A stretch of DNA of 64,000 nt, taken from contig JAPOSW010000120.1 of NCBI GenBank assembly GCA_026709505.1, forward strand, positions 1,680 through 65,679, given 5' to 3'. Of the stretch, positions 49,570 through 58,710 are shown piece by piece; position 1 is the first letter of the stretch, and each line of letters starts with the position of its first letter. A program made the position numbers and the translations under genes. This DNA is from Gammaproteobacteria bacterium (lineage in GTDB: Bacteria; Pseudomonadota; Gammaproteobacteria; Arenicellales; Poriferihabitantaceae). The notes under the pieces were generated by a model. The model did no database searches. It was not told the origin of the DNA and saw only the letters and a list, made by a program, of their open reading frames with translations.

Positions 49570-50844
49570 TTATCCCCTCTCAATTATTCTCAGCCCCTTG
49601 TTTATACCTTCAAGAATTGGCGTTGAAGTTGATGTTGGCACTCCGGCATCGATCGCCATGGCAACTGTCTTGTTCGCGGCATCATCCATTCGAACAAGAA
49701 GGTCAGAAAAAAATCCATCCATATCCGGTTCGTGAAATCCTGCTTTTTTGCCAGTCTGATGAAAATGCCGGAGCTGGATTTCGTTGAGACGGTAATGCCT
49801 GCTGTTTCCCCATGCCATTGCCACCTTGATTTTCTGATCCGGAAATTCCGGAAACGAAGAGGAAGAAGCAACATCATACAACGGGGTGAGCCGGTATCCA
49901 TCTGGCGAGAGAAATATTGAAAAGTTTTTCGCATGACCATCAATGGCGGCCAACAGCCAGTATACGATTTGCGTCTTCATGAAAGCCATTCTAGATTCAT
50001 GCGGAGCGATTGCGCCGTTCATGAACTTCAAAATATCCACAATACCTGGGCCGCCATAGGCTTGGTACTTGCGAAATGGAAGAATCCCAAGCGCTTGACA
50101 CATGTCTTCTTGCGGTAGCCGATATATCACTCCTTCATGCCAGATACGTTCAAAACGTTCTACTACGATCACTGGCTTGTTATCAAATAGCATACCTTCA
50201 GCTATTGCTGCATCAAGGCCCAAGTTACGGCAAAATTCCAGACAAAGCCATTCATTCCAGGGCATGTCAGAAAATTCGTTGTTCGCCTGACCATTTCTCA
50301 TAGGCGGCTTGAATATGTGGGAGGTAGGCGTTGGTCCAATGGGTAAATGCCATTGATTGTTGATACGAAGAAAGGCAGTTTTTTGTTGCTCACCTGCAAT
50401 GGAGAGGCGAAAGTTCTCTTTGCCGCCCTGTACGCCGAGGGGAGCAGTTACGAGAGATGCGATCCGAGAAGCAATTTCCTTGTCATCCACTTTTCTAAAT
50501 TCCTGCTTCACAGGGCTATCAGTATCAAACCCCTCAGGAACAAAGCGCAATGCTCCAACACAATCCGATCCAACAGCCGCCAAGAGATCAAAGGTTCTGG
50601 TGATGGCAGCCTTTACTCGAGTCGCTATTTTTTCTCTTGTTGTACGACTATCGGGCAACAGTCCGTCAAAGTAGCTAGCCACTTTTTCTCCTGACCAGAT
50701 GCGATCGGAGAGTGGCATGGACATGGAGATGGGGAATTGCCTTTCAGAGGAAAGCCACTCCGGAGTGTAGCAAAAAGACGTTCCACCGCCAGGTTCACGA
50801 CAATACATGCCAACTTTACTTGTACCGACATATGCTTCAAGCAC
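49570..50844 (-). CDS. hipA: HipA-family serine/threonine kinase toxin without an adjacent hipB
   Basis: LSIAGEQQKTAF (P-loop-like), AAIDGHAKNFSIFL (catalytic loop), LTPLYDVASS (Mg-binding Asp). The N-terminal VLEAYVGTSKVGMY...FCYTPEWL is HipA-like. The start is assigned to GTG 50844. The track extension to 51057 reads through IS-derived sequence as a low-complexity Ser-rich peptide. Confidence 0.8.
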   Translation of the reverse strand: MLEAYVGTSKVGMYCREPGGGTSFCYTPEWLSSERQFPISMSMPLSDRIWSGEKVASYFDGLLPDSRTTREKIATRVKAAITRTFDLLAAVGSDCVGALRFVPEGFDTDSPVKQEFRKVDDKEIASRIASLVTAPLGVQGGKENFRLSIAGEQQKTAFLRINNQWHLPIGPTPTSHIFKPPMRNGQANNEFSDMPWNEWLCLEFCRNLGLDAAIAEGMLFDNKPVIVVERFERIWHEGVIYRLPQEDMCQALGILPFRKYQAYGGPGIVDILKFMNGAIAPHESRMAFMKTQIVYWLLAAIDGHAKNFSIFLSPDGYRLTPLYDVASSSSFPEFPDQKIKVAMAWGNSRHYRLNEIQLRHFHQTGKKAGFHEPDMDGFFSDLLVRMDDAANKTVAMAIDAGVPTSTSTPILEGINKGLRIIERG

Positions 50845-50869
50845 ACGTCTTTGACGCTTGCGGCTCGAG

Positions 50870-51007
50870 CTAGGGCGTGTTAACACTACGAAGTGCATTG
50901 ACGACAAGTGCAAAGACGATAAATCCGAGGAACATGACGTCAAGCTTGTCGAAGCGCGAGAAGACCCGGCGGAAGCCCTTGAGCCGTCTGAAGAAGGGCC
51001 GTATATT
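50870..51007 (-). mobile_element. IS5-family transposase C-terminal remnant (~45 codons)
   Basis: NIRPFFRRLKGFRRVFSRFDKLDVMFLGFIVFALVVNAL matches the remembered IS5-family C-terminal signature RN.IERFF..LK.FRRIATRYDKLA.NFL.F. No upstream transposase body is present. Confidence 0.6.
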
Positions 51008-51059
51008 GGATAACTCCTCTTCGCATATAATCTGCAAACCTTGATTTTGAGCATCATTC

Positions 51060-51689
51060 ATGAACAAATCCATCGACTGGTATTTTGATTTCATCTCGCC
51101 CTTTGCCTATTTTCAGCATAGGCACTTGATCAACGAACACCCCGATATTGAAATTCGCTACCACCCGGTCCTGCTCGGTGCCCTGTTTGTGCAAAACCAG
51201 CACAAGGGACCTGCCGAAATTCCAGTCAAGCGCATCATGACGTATCGCTACTGCATCTGGCATGCAAAACAGCATCAAATACCCTTCCGATTTCCGGATG
51301 TGCATCCCTATCGCCCGGTCAATGTCTTGAGAATGGCCCTCGCTGCTGGCGTCAACGCGGAAACCGTCTCTAAGATATTCGAATTCATCTGGGTCGATGG
51401 AAAAAGCCCCGATCAACCCGAACGCCTGGATGAATTGGCATCGCGTCTCGAACTGGATGGGCATCAGAGTGCGACAACAAAGCCGGAAATAAAAAACCAG
51501 TTAAGGCAAAACACCGAACGCGCGATTGAACTCGGTATCTTTGGCGTGCCAACCTCGTCCATTGGCAATCAGCTGTTCTGGGGGCATGATCAAACCCCGA
51601 TGATTCTCGAATACCTGAACAATCCTCAGCTATTCGAGGATGAAGAATACCGCAGAATAGATGCCATCCGGGACGGTCTCGGAAAATAG
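51060..51689 (+). CDS. 2-hydroxychromene-2-carboxylate isomerase family (DsbA-like thioredoxin fold) protein
   Basis: IDWYFDFISPFAYF N-terminus and C-terminal GIFGVPTSSIGNQLFWGHDQ. Confidence 0.7.
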   Translation: MNKSIDWYFDFISPFAYFQHRHLINEHPDIEIRYHPVLLGALFVQNQHKGPAEIPVKRIMTYRYCIWHAKQHQIPFRFPDVHPYRPVNVLRMALAAGVNAETVSKIFEFIWVDGKSPDQPERLDELASRLELDGHQSATTKPEIKNQLRQNTERAIELGIFGVPTSSIGNQLFWGHDQTPMILEYLNNPQLFEDEEYRRIDAIRDGLGK

Positions 51690-51700
51690 ATTCGACATAA

Positions 51701-52372
51701 TCACTCCATGTAGCGCGTAAAGTTCGAGACTTCTTCGCGCACTGTGCGGTAATGATTGACCGGGTCCGAATTGTCTTCATATCCGACAGCGAGCCCGCAG
51801 ATTACCGTGTAGTCATCGCTGAACCCGACATGCTCCCTGACCAGTTCAGGGTATTCACCGAGTGATGCCTGGGGACAGGTATCAAGGCCATGGTCCATGG
51901 CTGCCAGCATGATCGACTGCAGGAATATCCCATAATCGAGATAGGAACCGGTTTCCATAATCCGGTCCATGAAAAACAACAGCATGACTGGAGCATCGAA
52001 AGATCGATAGTTGGCAGCCCATTGGGATTTCCTTCTCTCAATATCTTCACGTTCAATACTGAGCGCCTTGTACAAAGCTTTGCCGCATTCGATCCTGCGC
52101 CGCCTGTACGGATCCTTCCAGTCAACCGGATAGTATTGATAGTCCATCTTGCCTCGAACACCGCGCCAGAATTCCATTTCGATTTTCTCGCCCAGCGTTC
52201 TTTTGCTCTCTCCGCGCAGTACCACAACCTCCCAGGGCTGGGTATTCGAGCCTGAAGCCGCCCAGCGGGCCGTATCCAGAATGGTGTTTATGGTTTCCAC
52301 ACCCACCTCGCGGTTCAGGAATTTCCGGACTGATTTACGATTACGAATCGCTTCACTGACATTCATGGGCAA
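51701..52372 (-). CDS. Nitroreductase family protein
   Basis: VSEAIRNRKSVRKF N-terminus, SGSNTQPWE motif, 223 aa. Confidence 0.75.
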   Translation of the reverse strand: MPMNVSEAIRNRKSVRKFLNREVGVETINTILDTARWAASGSNTQPWEVVVLRGESKRTLGEKIEMEFWRGVRGKMDYQYYPVDWKDPYRRRRIECGKALYKALSIEREDIERRKSQWAANYRSFDAPVMLLFFMDRIMETGSYLDYGIFLQSIMLAAMDHGLDTCPQASLGEYPELVREHVGFSDDYTVICGLAVGYEDNSDPVNHYRTVREEVSNFTRYME

Positions 52373-52412
52373 TCAAGAGAAATGTATCAGCAAGATCCGG
52401 AACCCATTTCCA

Positions 52413-54026
52413 TCATGCGATCTCACGCAATTTGCGGCGGATGATCTTGCCGGTTGTGGTCAATGGAAATTCTTCAATAAAGGCGATTTCCCGAGGATAT
52501 TCATGCGGCGAGAGCCGCAGCTTAACCCATTCTTGCAGGTCATTGATCAAGGATTCTGACTCTTCATATCCCGTATTCAGGCAAACAAAGGCCTTCACGA
52601 TCTCGGTTCTCATCGGGTCGGGCTTGCCAACCACCGCACAAATCGCCACCGCTGGGTGGCCCAGAAGACAGTTTTCGATCTCGCCCGGCCCAATGCGGTA
52701 CCCTGCCGAGGTAATCACGTCATCGTTTCGACCAACAAAGCGGATTGCTCCACTCTCTACAAGCATGCCGGTATCACCGGTCAGCAGCCATTCACCAGAG
52801 TATTTTTCAAGCGTGTTTTCGGGCTTGTTCCAGTATTCAAGAAACATCACGGGGGTTTTCCCGCGCACGGCGATCTGTCCCCGTTGATTGGGCCCCAGCG
52901 GTGTCCCATACTCATTGATCACCTGAACATCATGTCCAGGTACTGCAAACCCCATCACACCCGGTTCAGGAGGCGCCAGCGCCCCACAAGATGAAACGAT
53001 CATGTTGCATTCGGTTTGACCATAGAATTCGTTGATCCACAGGCCAAATGCTTCATGACCCCATTCAAGAAGTTCGGTTCCCAATGACTCTCCGGCACTT
53101 GCGATACTCCTCATTTCGGTTTTATGCCGATCCTTGCTCCATGCCATTCTCATCATTTTCAGCGCAGTCGGAGGAATGAATGCATTGCGAATACCGTGTT
53201 TGCTGATAAATTCAAATGCAAATTCACCATCGAATTTAGGCATGCGGTATGAAACTACGGGCACTGCATGATGCAGACCGGGCATCAGCACATCCATGAG
53301 TCCGCCAATCCATGCCCAATCTGCCGGAGTCCAGAGCTTGTCGCCATCCTGGGGCAAAAAGTCATGGCTCATTTCGACCCCGGGCAAATGACCCAGCAAG
53401 GACCGATGAGCGTGCAAAGTGCCTTTGGGGCTTCCGGTGGTGCCAGATGTGTAGATGATGAGGGCCGGATCGTTGGAATTTGTGTTTACGGTCTCGAACT
53501 GCTCGCTGCACCTGGGCAACTCTGAGAGCAGATCCAGGGCGTCTTCACTCGCCTCATCAATGCAGAGGTATTGCCTTAGACCACCCAGTTTACCCCGAAT
53601 CGCCGCAAGTTTTGTGAGGCCTTCGTGATTGGTAATGATCGCGCGGGCACCGGAGTCCTTCAAGCGGTATTCGAGAGCCTCTTCGCCGAACAGGGTAAAC
53701 AGCGGAATCGAGATACCAGCTAGCTTCCATGCTGCAATATGTGCGATAGCCGTCCAGGGATTTTGAGGGAGAAGTATGCCAACCCGGTCTCCGCGCTCAA
53801 TGCCGAGTTCTGCCAGCAGGTTTGCGAGTCGATTGGCTCTCTCCCGAAGTTCTGCAAAACTGACTTCTTCGGTTCGGTCTCCGTGATCATGAATGATTGC
53901 TGTCCGGTTTGGTGCTGATACCGCCCAGCGGTCACAGACATCGGCCGCCATGTTGTATCGCTCTGGCACCTCCCAACGGAACAGGCTTCGGACTTCTTCC
54001 AGAGTCGAGCCAGGCGGTAACATCAT
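52413..54026 (-). CDS. AMP-dependent acyl-CoA synthetase/ligase
   Basis: AMP-binding motif IIYTSGTTGSPKG, GYRIGPGEIE, and C-terminal lysine region TTTGKIIRRKLR. Confidence 0.85.
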   Translation of the reverse strand: MMLPPGSTLEEVRSLFRWEVPERYNMAADVCDRWAVSAPNRTAIIHDHGDRTEEVSFAELRERANRLANLLAELGIERGDRVGILLPQNPWTAIAHIAAWKLAGISIPLFTLFGEEALEYRLKDSGARAIITNHEGLTKLAAIRGKLGGLRQYLCIDEASEDALDLLSELPRCSEQFETVNTNSNDPALIIYTSGTTGSPKGTLHAHRSLLGHLPGVEMSHDFLPQDGDKLWTPADWAWIGGLMDVLMPGLHHAVPVVSYRMPKFDGEFAFEFISKHGIRNAFIPPTALKMMRMAWSKDRHKTEMRSIASAGESLGTELLEWGHEAFGLWINEFYGQTECNMIVSSCGALAPPEPGVMGFAVPGHDVQVINEYGTPLGPNQRGQIAVRGKTPVMFLEYWNKPENTLEKYSGEWLLTGDTGMLVESGAIRFVGRNDDVITSAGYRIGPGEIENCLLGHPAVAICAVVGKPDPMRTEIVKAFVCLNTGYEESESLINDLQEWVKLRLSPHEYPREIAFIEEFPLTTTGKIIRRKLREIA

Positions 54027-54039
54027 TCATTCTCCAATA

Positions 54040-54900
54040 TCAGGAGTAGTCATAGAAACCCTTGCCAGTCTTCCTTCCAAGATGGTTAGCGTCTACCATT
54101 TTCACGAGAAGAGGACAGGGACGATACTTGGATTCTCCAAGTCCTTCATGAAGCACATTCATTACCGAGAGCAGCACATCCAGACCAATCAGGTCGGCAA
54201 GGGCCAGTGGCCCGATCGGGTGATTCATGCCCAGCTTCATGATTTCGTCGATGTCCGCAGCTTCTGCGATGCCCTCATGAAGTGCAAAGATCGCCTCGTT
54301 AATCATCGGGCAGAGGATTCGGTTGGATATAAATCCGGGGCTGTCGTTGGCCGGGACCGGGGTCTTGCCGATCTTGAGCGTCAAGTCACGAGTAGTCTGA
54401 TAGGTCGCATCATCGGTCTGGAGAGCCTTGATGATCTCGACAAGAGCCATCACTGGGACCGGATTCATGAAATGCATGCCAATCACCCGATTCGGACGGT
54501 TTGTACATGCCGCCAATTTGGTTAGGGAAATGGATGATGTGTTGGAAGCGATGATCACTTCGGAACGACATATCCCGTCAATTTGACTGAGCAAGTCGAA
54601 CTTGAGTTGCGGCGTCTCCGGCGCGGCTTCAATTACGAAATCGACATCCTTCAGTTCATTCAGGGTTATTGATGTACTGATCGACTGCAATGTGCGGTTT
54701 CGATCCTGCGTTGCGATTATCCCTTTTTTGACCATTCGTGCAAGCGAGGAATCGATGGCCTCCAGCCCCCGGTCCAGCGCCGACTGACTGACATCAATCA
54801 GGCAGACTTGAAAGTCTGAATACGCAAAAGTCTGTGCAATTCCGTTACCCATCGTTCCAGCGCCAATAACGCCAATGTGCCTGATCGCCATATTGCCCAT
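54040..54900 (-). CDS. hbd: 3-hydroxyacyl/3-hydroxybutyryl-CoA dehydrogenase
   Basis: [15 protein letters not shown] Rossmann motif, [27 protein letters not shown]. Confidence 0.85.
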   Translation of the reverse strand: MGNMAIRHIGVIGAGTMGNGIAQTFAYSDFQVCLIDVSQSALDRGLEAIDSSLARMVKKGIIATQDRNRTLQSISTSITLNELKDVDFVIEAAPETPQLKFDLLSQIDGICRSEVIIASNTSSISLTKLAACTNRPNRVIGMHFMNPVPVMALVEIIKALQTDDATYQTTRDLTLKIGKTPVPANDSPGFISNRILCPMINEAIFALHEGIAEAADIDEIMKLGMNHPIGPLALADLIGLDVLLSVMNVLHEGLGESKYRPCPLLVKMVDANHLGRKTGKGFYDYS

Positions 54901-54942
54901 GTCTTGTTTAATCCTGTTTGCCTGTTCTGAAAAGGAGAACCG

Positions 54943-57900
54943 CTACATATTGCGACGGTATTGTCCCCCGACCTCATATAACACATCGCATATCTGGCCC
55001 AGTGAGCAATACTTGACGGCATCGACCAGTTTCCCGAATATGTTTTCATTATTGATTGCCGCTTCACGAATCCGTTGCAGGGCATGAGGGGAAGATTCGC
55101 GATTCTGCTGCTTGAATTCGGCAAGCCTGTTTATTTGATTCAGTTTTTCCTTCTCGGTAGACCGGGATAACTCAACGCTCTCCGGGCCGGATTGCGGATT
55201 CGGGTTGATGAAGGTATTTACCCCGATTACTGGCCATGTCCCGTCATGCTTGCGCTGTTCATAATACATCGATTCTTCCTGAATCTTGCCCCGCTGATAG
55301 CCGGTTTCCATGGCGCCTAGCACCCCTCCCCGTTCCGAAATCCTTTCAAATTCACGGAGCACGGCCTCTTCAACCAGATCAGTCAATTCCTCAATAATGA
55401 AACTGCCCTGATTGGGATTTTCATTCATGGCAAGACCCCACTCCCGGTTAATAATCAGCTGAATGGCCAGAGCACGCCGGACTGATTCATCGGTTGGAGT
55501 GGTGATCGCTTCGTCATAGGCATTGGTATGCAGGCTGTTGCAGTTGTCATAAATTGCAATCAGTGCCTGAAGTGAAGTGCGAATATCATTGAAATCGATT
55601 TCCTGGGCGTGCAGGGAGCGACCCGAGGTCTGTACATGATACTTGAGTTTCTGGGATCGTTCATTGGCACCGTAGCGATCACGCATTGTCACTGACCAGA
55701 TTCTACGTGCCACCCGTCCCATCACCGAATACTCGGGACACATGCCATTGCTGAAGAAAAACGAGAGGTTCGGGGCAAAGTCATCAATGTCCATGCCTCT
55801 CGCCAGATAAGCCTCGACATAGGTAAAGCCATTGGCCAATGTGAAGGCAAGCTGCGAGATCGGATTTGCTCCGGCTTCTGCAATGTGGTAGCCGGAGATC
55901 GAAACCGAATAGAAATTGCGAATCCGGTTCCAGATGAAGTACTCCTGAATATCGCCCATTAACTTGAGTGCGAACTCGGTCGAGAAAATGCAGGTGTTTT
56001 GCCCCTGATCTTCTTTCAGGATATCTGCCTGAACCGTGCCCCGGACCTCTGCGAGTGCCCGGGTACGGATTTCCGCCGCCTGCCCCTGGTCCGGATTCTT
56101 GCCCTCCTTATCGATGAATTGCTGCATTTTCTGATCGATGGCGGTATTCAGGAACATCGCCAGAATGATCGGCGCAGGGCCATTGATCGTCATGGAAACG
56201 GACGTTGCCGGATCGCAAAGATCAAATCCGGAATAGAGCACCTTCATGTCATCGAGGGTTGCAATCGATACTCCGGAATTGCCAACCTTGCCGTATATGT
56301 CCGGACGCTTATCCGGGTCGCATCCATACAGGGTAACCGAATCAAATGCAGTCGATAACCGCTTGGCTTCGGAATGCTCGCTGAGAGTCTTGAAACGCTT
56401 GTTGGTCTTGAATGCATCGCCCTCCCCGGCAAACATGCGTGTCGGGTCTTCGCCATCGCGCTTGAAGGGGAAAACGCCTGCCGTAAACGGAAAGCGGCCG
56501 GGGAGATTCTCTGTCATCAGCCAGCGTGCCAATTCACCGTGATCCTTGAATTTGGGCAGGGCTACCCGATTGACCCGTGAACCCGATAGGGTTGTTTTCT
56601 GCAGTGGATTCGTGATTGTTCGGCCCCGAACTTCAAATTCATGCACGTCACCAGAATAATCCTCACAAACCCCGGGCCATTCCTCAAGTAAACTCTTAAC
56701 CGAGGGTTCGAGCTTGGCATCAAGATCCCGAATCAACCCGTCAATACTCTCCGGTACGTCTTGTCCGGCCAGCATGAGCATGTTCCTGGTTTCTGATACC
56801 TGCTGGATTGAGCGTGCCATGCCCGATTGTTGCTTGGCATTGTTCCGGTAGTTTCTGACCGCATCGGCAATCTCCGCGAGGTAGCGAATCTTCTTTTCGG
56901 GAATGATGCGGTTCTGGTCGGTCGAAGTGCGCGTGCCCGAATAAGGCATACCATCGGCCTCCTGATCAAGGCCGTGTGGTTTAAGCTGTTGAATGATCTC
57001 ATGAGACAGGGCCGTTACACCGTCATCGTTAAACTGCGAAGCCATGGTGCCAAATACCGGCATACTCTCGGGAGGCGAGGAGAATGCCTCGCGGTTACGC
57101 TGCACCTGCTTGCATACATCCCGGTAGGCATCCTGGGCGCCATTTCGATCGAACTTGTTTATTGCGACCACATCCGCGAAATCCAGCATGTCGATCTTTT
57201 CCAGCTGCGATGCTGCTCCATACTCGGGGGTCATGACATACAATGAACAATTCACCATGTCCGTAATTGCAGTATCCCCCTGCCCGATCCCCGGGGTTTC
57301 AACGATAACCAGATCGAACCCTGCAGACTGGCATAAACGGATCATGTCGGGAAGATGGGCAGGAATTTCCGAGCCACTGCCCCGAGTTGCTATCGAGCGC
57401 ATGAAAATATTCGCATGATCGATCGCATTCATGCGTATTCTGTCTCCGAGAAGGGCTCCACCAGTCCGGCGACGCGTTGGGTCCACGGCCAGCAATGCAA
57501 TTTTCATGGCATCGGCAAACCCCAATCGAAAACGCAATATCAACTCGTCGGTCAATGAGGACTTGCCTGCACCGCCGGTCCCAGTGATGCCAAGCACCGG
57601 TGCGCTCTTCCTGGCATCAATATCATTGACAAGGGTCGGCGATGCTTCACCACTTTCAATGGCAGTCAAGGCTTGCGCAAGAATTCGAAAACTACCCCTT
57701 TTCACCTCTTCAAGTGTTTTCGGCGCGTCGGCGCAGAGATCGAATGAACTCAGCGCGATCGTATTCTCGATCATGCCGGTCAGTCCCAGCTGCTGGCCGT
57801 CTTCCGGAGTGTAAATTCGGGTTATGCCATACTCTTCGAGAATCCTTTTCTCTTCGGGCACGATAACTCCCCCTCCGCCTGCGAAGATTCGGATTTTTTC

Positions 57901-58194
57901 GCCGCCACGTTCACGCAGCATGTCGAGCATATATTTGAGGTATTCGACATGACCGCCTTGGTAGGAACTGATTGCTATACCGTGAACATCCTCCTGCAGC
58001 GCCGCATTCACGACCTGCTCAACTGAGCGGTTGTGTCCGAGATGGATAACTTCCACGCCCTGATTCTGGAGAATCCTGCGCATGATGTTGATGGCCGCAT
58101 CATGACCGTCAAACAGGCTCGCCGCTGTAACAAATCGGATGTAGGGCTGGATTGCTACCTGCGAATCAATCTCTGAGCATTCGGGTTTTCCCAT
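54943..58194 (-). CDS. icmF: Fused isobutyryl-CoA mutase (B12-binding domain + MeaB-like G-protein + mutase catalytic domain)
   Basis: 1083 aa. N-terminal B12-binding [12 protein letters not shown] (DxHxxG), G-domain [13 protein letters not shown] and AINKFD, and a C-terminal methylmalonyl-CoA-mutase-like TIM barrel. Confidence 0.85.
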   Translation of the reverse strand: MGKPECSEIDSQVAIQPYIRFVTAASLFDGHDAAINIMRRILQNQGVEVIHLGHNRSVEQVVNAALQEDVHGIAISSYQGGHVEYLKYMLDMLRERGGEKIRIFAGGGGVIVPEEKRILEEYGITRIYTPEDGQQLGLTGMIENTIALSSFDLCADAPKTLEEVKRGSFRILAQALTAIESGEASPTLVNDIDARKSAPVLGITGTGGAGKSSLTDELILRFRLGFADAMKIALLAVDPTRRRTGGALLGDRIRMNAIDHANIFMRSIATRGSGSEIPAHLPDMIRLCQSAGFDLVIVETPGIGQGDTAITDMVNCSLYVMTPEYGAASQLEKIDMLDFADVVAINKFDRNGAQDAYRDVCKQVQRNREAFSSPPESMPVFGTMASQFNDDGVTALSHEIIQQLKPHGLDQEADGMPYSGTRTSTDQNRIIPEKKIRYLAEIADAVRNYRNNAKQQSGMARSIQQVSETRNMLMLAGQDVPESIDGLIRDLDAKLEPSVKSLLEEWPGVCEDYSGDVHEFEVRGRTITNPLQKTTLSGSRVNRVALPKFKDHGELARWLMTENLPGRFPFTAGVFPFKRDGEDPTRMFAGEGDAFKTNKRFKTLSEHSEAKRLSTAFDSVTLYGCDPDKRPDIYGKVGNSGVSIATLDDMKVLYSGFDLCDPATSVSMTINGPAPIILAMFLNTAIDQKMQQFIDKEGKNPDQGQAAEIRTRALAEVRGTVQADILKEDQGQNTCIFSTEFALKLMGDIQEYFIWNRIRNFYSVSISGYHIAEAGANPISQLAFTLANGFTYVEAYLARGMDIDDFAPNLSFFFSNGMCPEYSVMGRVARRIWSVTMRDRYGANERSQKLKYHVQTSGRSLHAQEIDFNDIRTSLQALIAIYDNCNSLHTNAYDEAITTPTDESVRRALAIQLIINREWGLAMNENPNQGSFIIEELTDLVEEAVLREFERISERGGVLGAMETGYQRGKIQEESMYYEQRKHDGTWPVIGVNTFINPNPQSGPESVELSRSTEKEKLNQINRLAEFKQQNRESSPHALQRIREAAINNENIFGKLVDAVKYCSLGQICDVLYEVGGQYRRNM

Positions 58195-58239
58195 TTCGAA
58201 CTCGCTGGAAGTTGGACTTTTTCAGTCAGGAATGATACA

Positions 58240-58253
58240 TTACGTTTACGTAA
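58240..58253. promoter_or_regulatory. Perfect 14-bp palindrome TTACGT-TT-ACGTAA, a candidate MerR/LiuR-type operator in the icmF / merR divergent region
   Basis: Seen directly in the 80-bp divergent intergenic region, 22 bp upstream of the MerR-family gene start. The assignment to LiuR is inference from context. Confidence 0.4.
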
Positions 58254-58274
58254 GCGTCAACTCAGGTCATTTTC

Positions 58275-58685
58275 ATGCCGCCGGGATTCATGTCCAGTAC
58301 CAAGACATATACTATATCGGATTTGGCGAAACATTTCGATTTAACGACAAGAGCCATCCGTTTTTATGAATCAGAGGGGCTACTCTTGCCAAAACGAGAG
58401 AAAAATCGTCGCATTTATGATGAAAAAGACCGTATTCGCCTGAAGTTGATTTTACGCGGCAAGCGTCTGGGGTTTACACTTTCCGAGATCAAGACGACAA
58501 TGGATCTTTATGACAATCAGCCGAATGAGATTGCTCAACTTGAGTATGTGCTCAGAGTCATTGAAAGCCATCGCAAAACGCTTGAGCAGAAGCATAATGA
58601 CATAAAAAACACCTTGACGGACATGGATGAGATGAGCAACAAGCTGATGACAGCATTAGACAATCTCTCGAAACCAACCCGATAA
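58275..58685 (+). CDS. MerR-family transcriptional regulator (LiuR-like by context)
   Basis: YTISDLAKHFDLTTRAIRFYESEGLL MerR HTH followed by a coiled-coil dimerisation helix. Flanked by acyl-CoA metabolism genes. Confidence 0.8.
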   Translation: MPPGFMSSTKTYTISDLAKHFDLTTRAIRFYESEGLLLPKREKNRRIYDEKDRIRLKLILRGKRLGFTLSEIKTTMDLYDNQPNEIAQLEYVLRVIESHRKTLEQKHNDIKNTLTDMDEMSNKLMTALDNLSKPTR

Positions 58686-58710
58686 TTGACGCGAAACTGC
58701 CCCTGCCCCT

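Noticed and set aside
50845-51057. N-terminal 71-aa extension of the hipA track ORF (start 51057)
   Set aside because: The extension is a Ser-rich low-complexity read-through of IS-derived sequence in a non-transposase frame. HipA homology starts at VLEAYVG.
51054-51464. 136-aa minus-strand ORF that could have been the missing hipB
   Set aside because: It is antisense to the well-supported HCCA-isomerase-like gene and has no HTH motif.
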